DNA of 64,000 nt, taken from positions 160,001 to 224,000 of the forward strand of contig OZ219802.1 in NCBI GenBank assembly GCA_964291655.2, written 5' to 3'. Made by a program: the position numbers and the translations under genes. Shown here piece by piece: positions 49,947 to 58,285 of the stretch; within the stretch, counting starts at the first letter, position 1; every line of letters begins with the position of its first letter. This DNA comes from Chloroflexota bacterium. GTDB taxonomy: Bacteria > Chloroflexota > UBA11872 > VXOZ01. A model generated the notes under the pieces. That model was not told where the DNA came from. It was given only the letters and a program-made list of their open reading frames with translations, and made no database searches.

Positions 49947-51376
49947 TGGCCCTCCTCAGGCGGGTTGGCTGGTGCCAGATGCCCATTGGCGTCCAGAGTT
50001 ATCAGGTCGCGCCGGTCTGTGCCGTCTCGGGCAATTGTGTAAAGCTGAGGCGGTATGTTGCGAGAGGCATCGCCTGGCATGTACAGAGCGACTCTTGTAC
50101 CGTCCGGCGACCACGCCACAACGATCCCTGTACTATAATCGTCGTCAGTAAACGGAGCCTTTTGGTCCACCGTGCGCAGACCACTGCCGTTCAGTTGGAC
50201 GAAGTGAAGCCCTTGCTGGGAAGCGACCAGTATCTCTGCTCCATCCGGAGACCATGAGAGATGGGATGCTTCCCATTCTGGCCCCTGCGGTTTCAGCAAT
50301 TGCTCTAAATCGGAGCCGTCGGGACGGACGGTGTAGACACCGGCAGACTTGCCTTCCTCATTAGCCATCACAAATGCAAGGAACTCGCTGTCCGGCGACC
50401 ACGACGGCAATACCAATGGGATGAAGATTTTCTGGTAGAGTTGCGGTAGACTCGGCACACCGATCGTCTCCCCGATCCGCGTCATCTCTGAACCATCGGC
50501 TCGAACCGAGTACAGAATGTGACGAAACGGTAAGTGCTGGCCTTCACTCACCAGGAACACCAAGCGCTCTCCATCCGGAGACCACACCGGCGGCGAGAAA
50601 GCTAGTGCTCCCAGCCATGCCTCTTTGGAATCCTTGTCCTTTTCCCCACGTGCCGTGTAGAACGCGTTCGTTCGCCAGTAGTAGAATCCTTCTGTATCTG
50701 TGCCTTCCCTAATCAACGTGGAGGCGGCCAAGCGCGTGTCTGATTCATCTGCTGCCATAATGTAGAGTTCCTTAAGATGAACACTGCCTCGACCGCGGGG
50801 ATTCGCAATGAATGCGATTCTACTGCCGTCAGGAGACCACACCGGGTAGTGGTCTAGATGCTCATTTTCCGTGAGCCTCAGTTTCCCCGTGCCGTCCAAA
50901 TTGATTGTGGCAATCTCGTAACGAAATCTCTTACGTTCAAATTCATACTCCGGATCTATGTCTATACTTTCCGTTGAGAACTCGCAGGTGGAGTAGACGA
51001 TGCGTGTGCCGTCCGGTGATACGTCGGCGTGGAAACTGAACCGTGCTGCGTGTCTAGGATTAGCGTCTACGAGCATATGGACCCAACGGCCCTCGCTATC
51101 TGCTGCCCAGATTCCTTGCCCTCTTAAAAGACCATACTGATCCGGGAGGAATGCTACTGGCACATAGTTGAACACTAGCTGGTTGCCGTCCGGTGTCCAC
51201 TCCAGGAAAAGTTCCTGATGCCCAGAGTCAAAAGGATCAAAGGATGGACCGCACTGATAATCGTACTCGGCAACAACTGACTGACCATCTTCACTGCAAC
51301 CGGCAGTTGCTAGAAGAAGCACCACCGCCAATAGCCCTGCCGTCGCCGACCACATCCGTCTCATGCCGACCCACAT
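49943..51376 (-). CDS. PD40/TolB-like beta-propeller lipoprotein P4
   Basis: TAGC lipobox; GGGAGG RBS; WSPDG repeats. Confidence 0.88.
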   Translation of the reverse strand: MWVGMRRMWSATAGLLAVVLLLATAGCSEDGQSVVAEYDYQCGPSFDPFDSGHQELFLEWTPDGNQLVFNYVPVAFLPDQYGLLRGQGIWAADSEGRWVHMLVDANPRHAARFSFHADVSPDGTRIVYSTCEFSTESIDIDPEYEFERKRFRYEIATINLDGTGKLRLTENEHLDHYPVWSPDGSRIAFIANPRGRGSVHLKELYIMAADESDTRLAASTLIREGTDTEGFYYWRTNAFYTARGEKDKDSKEAWLGALAFSPPVWSPDGERLVFLVSEGQHLPFRHILYSVRADGSEMTRIGETIGVPSLPQLYQKIFIPLVLPSWSPDSEFLAFVMANEEGKSAGVYTVRPDGSDLEQLLKPQGPEWEASHLSWSPDGAEILVASQQGLHFVQLNGSGLRTVDQKAPFTDDDYSTGIVVAWSPDGTRVALYMPGDASRNIPPQLYTIARDGTDRRDLITLDANGHLAPANPPEEGQ

Positions 51377-51392
51377 GTTCTACCTCCCGTGT

Positions 51393-51668
51393 CTACCGAG
51401 TCTGATAGAGCGCAAATATCGCCAAGATGTCCGCCGGGTGAGGGGAACAGTCGGGATCATCATGCAAGACTGTCTCGTCTGGCTGGGGTCTACCTTCATA
51501 ACTCATAACGGATCCCGCGATTGTGGGGTGGTGAATAAGCTGCCCGGCTCCATCATTACCAGTTCGAACCCCCAGAGCATGACCCGCTTCATGCACCAAC
51601 GAGCTGTAGGAATAGTTGTAATCATCATTCGTATTGGGGCACGGGTTGAAGGAGCCAAAATTCATCAC
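51393..51668 (-). CDS. Small metzincin-like peptidase tip M3
   Basis: FNPCPNTN, HEAGHALG...HHP, SVMSY, CSPHP. Confidence 0.7.
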   Translation of the reverse strand: MMNFGSFNPCPNTNDDYNYSYSSLVHEAGHALGVRTGNDGAGQLIHHPTIAGSVMSYEGRPQPDETVLHDDPDCSPHPADILAIFALYQTR

Positions 51669-52906
51669 GACCCCTCCTGTGGCGGGTTGGCGGGCGCTAA
51701 GTTGCCGTCATCGTCCAAGCGAATCAGGTCGCGGCGGTCCGTGCCGTCACGGGCAATTGTGTAAAGCTGAGGTGGCTCACGGTTGGAGAATCTCCTGCTG
51801 ACGAACACTGCAATCCGCGAGCCGTCCGGCGACCAGGCTACTTGGCGCCAAGCCTCCGGGTGCCCCGCAAACTCGAAACTGCGCAAACCTGTGCCGTCCG
51901 CTTGAACAATTAGAGCCTGCTCTCCGGAAACGATGAGTAACTCTGAACCGTCCGGAGACAGCGCGATCTGTGTGACGTTCCATTCTGCTGATTGTGGCGC
52001 CAGCACCTGTTGCATATCCGTACCGTCAGCCCGTACCGTGTAGATCCCGATTGCCTTATCTTTTGCGCCGTCTTCTTCCCATTCGCCTGATTCAGCATCG
52101 ATTTCGCTCGCCCGCGCAAACGTGAGAAACTCCCCGTCCGGCGACCACACCGGCGGGACAACCGCCTCGGCAATGCGCGTCAACTCCGTCCCATCTGTGC
52201 GCACTGTATACAATACGCGGCGATAGCCTACCCTCTTCACGCCTTCGCCGACCAGAAACGCCAAGCGTTCTCCATCCGGTGACCACACCGGCGGCGCTAA
52301 GTGAATTCCGCCCACTTCCTTCGTCTCGTTCGAACTCTCCCGCAGCGTGGATGCCATTACCAACCCCTGCTTGTTCGATTCGACCGCTGACATCGTGTAG
52401 AGCACACTACTGTAACCTTCACTAATGAATGCAATGCGGCTGCCGTCGGGCGACCATGACGGCACACTATTTGTGCCGGAGTCCTTTGTGAGCCGTTGTT
52501 GCCCGGTACCGTCCAAATTGATGACGGCGATCTCATATTCGTGCACGGGCTTCCCCGCCCTCAGCACGGTAAACTCGCACGTGGCATAGACGACCTGAGT
52601 GCTATCCGGCGACACGTCCGCGTAAAAGCCAAATATTGCACCTAGGGGGTCGGGGGTTGCAAGCTCCCACAACTGGGTTCCCTGCGCGTCCACCGCGTAA
52701 ACTGCTGATTGGTTATCGAATACGAGATGGGAGCTGTCCGGCGTCCAGTGGAGGAAATGGTGGGGGTAAAACGCGCTATAGTTGCGAGAATGAACCGAGC
52801 AAAGGCTTTGTCCATCAGAGACTCCATCCGAAGGCAATGACCCGCATCCGGTAAGACCCAAAGTCAGTGCCATTAGACCAAGTAATGTCAAGATACGCCG
52901 TGGCAT
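51665..52906 (-). CDS. PD40/TolB-like beta-propeller lipoprotein P3
   Basis: LTGC lipobox; WSPDG repeats; conserved C-terminus. Confidence 0.88.
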   Translation of the reverse strand: MPRRILTLLGLMALTLGLTGCGSLPSDGVSDGQSLCSVHSRNYSAFYPHHFLHWTPDSSHLVFDNQSAVYAVDAQGTQLWELATPDPLGAIFGFYADVSPDSTQVVYATCEFTVLRAGKPVHEYEIAVINLDGTGQQRLTKDSGTNSVPSWSPDGSRIAFISEGYSSVLYTMSAVESNKQGLVMASTLRESSNETKEVGGIHLAPPVWSPDGERLAFLVGEGVKRVGYRRVLYTVRTDGTELTRIAEAVVPPVWSPDGEFLTFARASEIDAESGEWEEDGAKDKAIGIYTVRADGTDMQQVLAPQSAEWNVTQIALSPDGSELLIVSGEQALIVQADGTGLRSFEFAGHPEAWRQVAWSPDGSRIAVFVSRRFSNREPPQLYTIARDGTDRRDLIRLDDDGNLAPANPPQEGS

Positions 52907-52921
52907 AGTCCTTGTTCTCCA

Positions 52922-53188
52922 CTAGGGTCCTGTTTGATAGATTGTATAGATCGCCATGATGTCCAATGGGTGCGGGGAGCAGTCCGGTTCAACTACGCCG
53001 GTTACCGTGGAGTAATTCATGATCGAGTCAGTAATGGAAGGATGACCTTGAAGTCTGGAGTCTGCCGCCTTCTTAGATGCTGCACGAATCCCAAGTGCAT
53101 GGCCCGCTTCATGCACTAGAGAGCTATAGGGATTGTTGTAATTGTCATTCGTATTGGGGCACGGGTTGAAGGAGCTATAATTCATCAC
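52922..53188 (-). CDS. Small metzincin-like peptidase tip M2
   Basis: FNPCPNTN, HEAGHALG...GHP, SIMNY, CSPHP. Confidence 0.7.
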   Translation of the reverse strand: MMNYSSFNPCPNTNDNYNNPYSSLVHEAGHALGIRAASKKAADSRLQGHPSITDSIMNYSTVTGVVEPDCSPHPLDIMAIYTIYQTGP

Positions 53189-54513
53189 GACCCCTCTTGT
53201 GGCGGGTTGGCGGGCGCTAAGTTGCCGTCATCGTCCAGGCGTATCAGGTCGCGGCGGTCCGCGCCGTCAGGAGTAACAGTATAGAGTTGCGGTGGGGGGA
53301 CATCGCCTGGTGTAAAGATTGCGACACGCGTGCCGTCAGGAGACCACGCCGCAGCGTGGGGGGTGATCCATGCGACTTCACTTTCGATCAACACTACCTC
53401 TCCGCTCGCCCAGTCGATGATACATGCAGCACCATCCTCACAGGAATAGAGTATCTGCGTCCCATCCGGCGACCACGCGAGGACGGGTACCGAACCATTG
53501 AAGGGAAGTCCCCAGCGAAGCCAAGCCAGACTGATAATGGTAGTGATGAACTGCAGGTCGGAACCGTCTGCCGCCAGGGTGTAAAGCCCTACATCATCCC
53601 CGGCAATCTTCGCCACCGCCAGCCGTTGCCCGTCCGGCGACCAGGCGGGCACACTAGCCACTTCCTCCGCAAGTAAGGTCATCTCTGAGCCGTCGGCTTT
53701 CACCAAATACAAGTCCCTCATGAAGATACTGAAGTGATCGGTATTAACTTGGAAGGCTAAGCGCTCCCCATCTGGCGACCAGACCGGCGGCGCCAGGGTC
53801 ATCCCATGCTTGCCGGGCGGCACCACACGGTGCACGTCCGAGCCGTCCGCCGCCATGGTGTAGAGCGCCATTCCCTCTGGTGCATAGTAGTACTCCCGCG
53901 TGGAGAGGAAGGCGACACGGCTGCCGTCCGGCGACCACACGGGATAGTGGTCGAGGCGTGGATTCCTGGTGAGCCGACGCTGCCCTGTGCCGTCTATACC
54001 GATGATGGCCACTTCGAAGTTGAAATCTATCTGCTCTGGATTCTGTTGATGTGGCGGGAAGGGATACTCACAGCTTGCATAGACAAGCTGTGTGCCGTCC
54101 GGCGATACGTCAGCATGGTGACCGTACTGGGACTCGCGACTGGGATTAGCGTCGACGAGCAACTCCAAGCGGCTGCCTGCTGAGTCCACCAGCCAGATAC
54201 CGGTGAAGATGTTCCAGTATCTCTGACTTCCTCCTGCAAAGTAGTTGAATACCAAGTGCGCGCCATCCGGCGTCCAGGCGAGAGAGATCTTACCTTCACC
54301 AAGGTTGATCGAAAACCCCAACGGACCACAGGGATAGCTGCCAATGTCGGATATGAAGTCTTCCGGGGTAGGCGAGGGCGCCACCGTTGGCGTACTGATC
54401 ATATCCGCCTCCTTCGTTGACCGCATAGCCCCCGGCTGCTGCTGACAGCCGACAAGCCACAGTACCAGCACCGCTAAGAGCCTCAATTGTGCCAACCTGC
54501 CTCGTAGCATCAT
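53185..54513 (-). CDS. PD40/TolB-like beta-propeller lipoprotein P2
   Basis: ATG at 54513 (AAAGGGA RBS); LVGC lipobox; WSPDG repeats. Confidence 0.88.
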   Translation of the reverse strand: MMLRGRLAQLRLLAVLVLWLVGCQQQPGAMRSTKEADMISTPTVAPSPTPEDFISDIGSYPCGPLGFSINLGEGKISLAWTPDGAHLVFNYFAGGSQRYWNIFTGIWLVDSAGSRLELLVDANPSRESQYGHHADVSPDGTQLVYASCEYPFPPHQQNPEQIDFNFEVAIIGIDGTGQRRLTRNPRLDHYPVWSPDGSRVAFLSTREYYYAPEGMALYTMAADGSDVHRVVPPGKHGMTLAPPVWSPDGERLAFQVNTDHFSIFMRDLYLVKADGSEMTLLAEEVASVPAWSPDGQRLAVAKIAGDDVGLYTLAADGSDLQFITTIISLAWLRWGLPFNGSVPVLAWSPDGTQILYSCEDGAACIIDWASGEVVLIESEVAWITPHAAAWSPDGTRVAIFTPGDVPPPQLYTVTPDGADRRDLIRLDDDGNLAPANPPQEGS

Positions 54514-54529
54514 GGTTGCATCCCTTTCG

Positions 54530-54799
54530 TTAGGATCCGATCTGATAAATTGCAAAGATCGCCATAATGTCCAACGGATGCGGGGAACAATCCTTCTCAT
54601 TGACCAGCATAAGCTTCCGATTGTAATTCATAACGGAGTCAGCGATTGAGGGATGACCCTGGAATTCGGGGTCTGCCGCCTTCTTAGAAGCTGCACGAAG
54701 CCCGATGGCATGACCCGCTTCATGCACCAACGAGCTCTTGGGATAGTTGTAATCATCATTCGTATTGGGGCACGGGTTGAAGGAGCTATAACTCATCAC
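54530..54799 (-). CDS. Small metzincin-like peptidase tip M1
   Basis: FNPCPNTN, HEAGHAIG...GHP, SVMNY, CSPHP. Confidence 0.7.
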   Translation of the reverse strand: MMSYSSFNPCPNTNDDYNYPKSSLVHEAGHAIGLRAASKKAADPEFQGHPSIADSVMNYNRKLMLVNEKDCSPHPLDIMAIFAIYQIGS

Positions 54800-56106
54800 G
54801 GCCCCTCCTGTGGCGGGTTCGCTGGCACTAAGTTGCCGTCATCGTCCAGGCGTATCAGGTCGCGCCGGTCAGTACCGTCCGGGGCCAAGGTGTAGAGATG
54901 TGGTTCCGGATCAGGCCTGTAGATTGCAATCCGGGAGCCGTCCGGCGACCACGCCGCAGCGTACGGAAAGAACCAAATAAATGGACTATCTTCCACCAAT
55001 GCCGTTACCTCTCCGCTCGCCAAGTCAATAAGGCATACCCCATGCTTGCAGGAGTAAACCAGTCGCGTGCCGTCCGGCGACCAATTCACAGTGGGTATTG
55101 TTTCCGAGAAGGGAGGCCCAGCCTTCATAACTTCCCGCTCGAAGATGTTCGTGACGAGTTGGTGGTCGGTACCATCAGCCGCTAGGGTGAAGAGTCCCAC
55201 GAAGTCGTCAGTATACTTTGCTACCGCCAGCCGCGTGCCATCCGGCGACCAAGCGGGCACACTGACCACCTCTTTCGCCAGCAGAGTCATCTCCGTGCCG
55301 TCGACCTTCACCGCGTACAAGTCCCTCTGGAGGTAGTAGGGGTCTGCGGTATTCACTTGGAATGCCAACCGTTCTCCGTCCGCCGACCACACCGGCGGCG
55401 CCAGGGTCAACCCATGCGGGTGGGGCTGTGTCACGCGCTGTTTTTCTGAGCCATCCCCCGCCATGACACTGAGCCTCAGATACTCATAATGGGGCTCAAG
55501 GAAGGCGATGCGGTTACCGTCGGGAGACCAGACCGGATAGTGGTCGAGGCTCCGGTTCTCCGTGAGCCGCTGCTGCCTCGAGCCTTCTAGAGTGACAACG
55601 ACCACTTCATAGTCAAAATCCTCCCGCTCCGGAACTTGCTTTCTGTAGGAGAATTCGCAGCTTGCATACACAAGCTGGGTACCGTCCGGCGAAATGTCTG
55701 CGTGGTTTCCGAACATGGAACCCTGACCGGGGTTAGCGTCAACGATCAGGATTACGTGGCTGCCCGCAGCATCCACCCGCCAGAAAGCCGTATGATACGG
55801 AATTTCCCCCGACCCGTAGTAGTCCGCTGGCCGGTAATTGAACACCAAATGCGCTCCATCCAGTGTCCAAGCGAGCACGAGCCTATCCATACCAAGGTTA
55901 TAATCAATCCAACCGAACGGTCCGCATGAATAGCTCCTCTCGACATCGAAAACCCTTTCACCTGGGGTCGGCGAGGGTACCACCGTTGGCGTACTCGTCG
56001 GTCCCACAATTACTGGCCGAAGGTTGGCAGGCTGCTGCTGGCAGCCAACGAGAACCAGTGTTAGCACTGCCAAGACTCCGAGACGCGGCAGCGATGTGCG
56101 TGCCAT
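54796..56106 (-). CDS. PD40/TolB-like beta-propeller lipoprotein P1
   Basis: ATG at 56106 (MARTSLPRLG...LVGC lipobox); WSPDG repeats. Confidence 0.88.
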   Translation of the reverse strand: MARTSLPRLGVLAVLTLVLVGCQQQPANLRPVIVGPTSTPTVVPSPTPGERVFDVERSYSCGPFGWIDYNLGMDRLVLAWTLDGAHLVFNYRPADYYGSGEIPYHTAFWRVDAAGSHVILIVDANPGQGSMFGNHADISPDGTQLVYASCEFSYRKQVPEREDFDYEVVVVTLEGSRQQRLTENRSLDHYPVWSPDGNRIAFLEPHYEYLRLSVMAGDGSEKQRVTQPHPHGLTLAPPVWSADGERLAFQVNTADPYYLQRDLYAVKVDGTEMTLLAKEVVSVPAWSPDGTRLAVAKYTDDFVGLFTLAADGTDHQLVTNIFEREVMKAGPPFSETIPTVNWSPDGTRLVYSCKHGVCLIDLASGEVTALVEDSPFIWFFPYAAAWSPDGSRIAIYRPDPEPHLYTLAPDGTDRRDLIRLDDDGNLVPANPPQEGP

Positions 56107-56122
56107 TATCGCAGAACTCTCT

Positions 56123-56571
56123 TTAAGGTATGGACTGATACAGTGCAGTGGTTGCCATGATGTCAAATGGGGTGGGAGAGCACTTATATTTTCTAAAGCC
56201 CTCTTTAATAACCGTGGATTCCTTGATTCGTGGGTGATGGCGCTCTTGACCTATGCCATCACTTCCGCCGCCAACGGTATGGCCGCCGTCGCCGTCTCAT
56301 CCACCGAAGATCCCCGCGTCTCCACCCGGAAGTTCACCAGGATGTCCGCGCTCGGCGCGCTGCTTGCCGTGATGGTGAAGATCGCCTCCTCGCCCTGCGC
56401 CACCGTCGCCTGCGACGACGCGATCGTCAGCGACGGCCCGCTCGACTGCGCCTGGGTCGCTACCGCATACACCAGGCTCAACAACACCACCAGCCCAAAC
56501 CCTATCCTAGACCGCCGAGCACCGGGTAATATGCGTTCAATCGAGATCCAAAGCGAAATTGTGCGGAGCAA
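56123..56571 (-). pseudogene. Head gene A: Calx-beta/Ig-like N-terminus fused out of frame to a peptidase tail
   Basis: Signal peptide plus SLTIA..VAQGEEAIFTITAS. The -1 frame (56296-56123) reads GGSDGIGQERHHP...CSPTPFDIMATTALYQSIP*, homologous to the M tips and absent from the ORF track. Confidence 0.75.
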
Positions 56572-56751
56572 CGCGCGAAAACGAGCCGTAGCGCTTTGCC
56601 CTAACCCTCAATTCGGTTCAGTGACTGTGCCTGCCGCTTCCTGTCCAGGCCAGCACCTGTCGTCCTCTTCACCGCACTGCTTGGTTCAGCCTGACAGGTC
56701 GATACTGATAGTTTCTTACTTGTCCAATACATACATGTTGCTAGTTACGTG

Positions 56752-56781
56752 ACTCTATCATTGGTCTTATTGTATTGTCAA
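56752..56781 (-). promoter_or_regulatory. Sigma70-type promoter for the cassette array
   Basis: TTGACA (56781-56776), 18-bp spacer, TGaTAGAGT extended -10 (56757-56752). Confidence 0.6.
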
Positions 56782-56971
56782 CTCCATAAACTATGTGATA
56801 TATACGTACTTTACTTGTGAAAATACTGTGGGGTATCAGCAGGCACTCCATCAGGTAGTGGCTATAGGTACACTAGCCGCATATTCCCATCCATGAAAGG
56901 CATGCCTGCGAATTCAATGACTTTACTAAGCCAAAAGCATCAAGATTCAGACGGTCTTGACAAATTAAGCA

Positions 56972-57003
56972 CATGACGGCCGTGACAATACACGGCCGTC
57001 ATG
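56972..57003 (-). terminator. Terminator after the DUF3179 gene
   Basis: Perfect 13-bp inverted repeat CATGACGGCCGTG-acaata-CACGGCCGTCATG. Confidence 0.7.
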
Positions 57004-57037
57004 GCGTCAATGAACTTGGGAGTGTAGTCTGGTTGGT

Positions 57038-58285
57038 TTAGTCGGGCAAGCCAAAAACGCGGGTGTCGGGCTTGAAGACAGCCCAAGCAAACCAGAAGTG
57101 GTTGCCGTTTACGATGGACTGCAGTTGCTTGCCGGTCAGCGGTCCTGCGATCGCGCGACCGAGAACGTTCCACTGCGATTGGGTTTCCGTATCCAAGATT
57201 TCACCGTCGTCATTCACTTGAAACTTCAGCGTTGCGCCGTCGACCACCGGCGCGAAAACACCGGCGGCGCCAATGTCTGCACCTGAGAATGGAGATATCG
57301 CGCCGGGTTGGTGAATTACCACAATCGGCTCGCCGCCGACGGAATCTTCCACTACCCGCTGCTCTGCCAGCACGTTGAAGGGATAGGCGGCATCTTCGCC
57401 ATTCAGCGACACCGTGACCACTCGTTCCATGGCGGGCAGGCGACCGTCGACCTCCTCGAAGAAGAGGAAGGGCGATGAAGAAATGTCGTCATAGCCGGGA
57501 TACGGGTTTCTGCCATACGATCGAGGATAGCCGGTTTCACGCGAGAGCACCTGACCTTCAGGATGCGTGCTGCGGAAGTCTGCGAAAGAAACTATCGACG
57601 CCGGCACCGTGGTTAGTTTCTTGCCGGTAAGTTCACCCACGATGGCCGTTCCCGTAATCTGCTGCCACCAACTCTCCGTCTGACGGTCGTACATGATCAA
57701 GTCGCTGTAGCGCAAATTGCCGCTAACACCAAAGTCATACGTGGTGCCATCCAGGCGCCGGTCGAAAGCAATCGCGGTATTGCAGAGCGGGCAGAACGTC
57801 ACCGTGACCGGCATCCCGCCGATAGTGTCGTTCACAATCTCGTGCCAAACCAGAATTTCAATCGGATAGGCCTTCGCCTCTCCGTTGACTTCAACCACTA
57901 CAACGGGTTTGCGATCATCAAGGTATGCCGCGGCTTCATCGGACGTGATGAAGGCCGGATCGTCAATTGGGGGGATGCCATCTTTGCCGGGACCGCCGGA
58001 GCTGATTTCGCTGAGCGGCACGCTATGCTTGGAAAAGTCAGTCTTCCACCCAAATGTGGAGAACTGGAGATTAGCGGGAAGCTCCGGTGAGGGAGAGGGT
58101 TGCACAGCCTCTGCTTCAGGAGTAACGGCGGGCTCGACTTCCTCTACGATCGTGTCCTCCGGCATCTGTCCGCAGGCCACTGCGGCTACGATAGCGACCG
58201 ATGCGGTGCCGGCCGCTAGCAGAATGTTGCGTCGACTCAAGAGGTTGCGCGGGGTCCTGTTCACTGGCTGACTTCTCCTATTCAC
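57038..58285 (-). CDS. DUF3179 family Tat lipoprotein
   Basis: SRRNILL + VAC; GGPGKDGIPPIDDP, WHEIVND, TFCPLCN, YDRQTESWWQQ, HFWFAW. Confidence 0.88.
   Translation of the reverse strand: MNRRSQPVNRTPRNLLSRRNILLAAGTASVAIVAAVACGQMPEDTIVEEVEPAVTPEAEAVQPSPSPELPANLQFSTFGWKTDFSKHSVPLSEISSGGPGKDGIPPIDDPAFITSDEAAAYLDDRKPVVVVEVNGEAKAYPIEILVWHEIVNDTIGGMPVTVTFCPLCNTAIAFDRRLDGTTYDFGVSGNLRYSDLIMYDRQTESWWQQITGTAIVGELTGKKLTTVPASIVSFADFRSTHPEGQVLSRETGYPRSYGRNPYPGYDDISSSPFLFFEEVDGRLPAMERVVTVSLNGEDAAYPFNVLAEQRVVEDSVGGEPIVVIHQPGAISPFSGADIGAAGVFAPVVDGATLKFQVNDDGEILDTETQSQWNVLGRAIAGPLTGKQLQSIVNGNHFWFAWAVFKPDTRVFGLPD

Larger units (their letters stand above)
51577..54880. repeat. Three ~170-bp direct repeats spanning P-gene 3' end / M-gene 5' end junctions
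   Basis: Identical 31-mer TCATTCGTATTGGGGCACGGGTTGAAGGAGC at 51625-51655, 53145-53175 and 54756-54786, within longer near-identical blocks (~51577-51750, ~53097-53270, ~54708-54880). Confidence 0.9.

Noticed and set aside
45621-56106. Calling the PD40 proteins tolB
   Set aside because: They are lipoproteins without a recognisable TolB N-terminal domain, and there is no tolQRA/pal context.
45233-56781. Integron cassette array, DGR or prophage explanation for the array
   Set aside because: No attC-like sites between units, no integrase, reverse transcriptase or phage genes, and differences between repeats are not adenine-specific.
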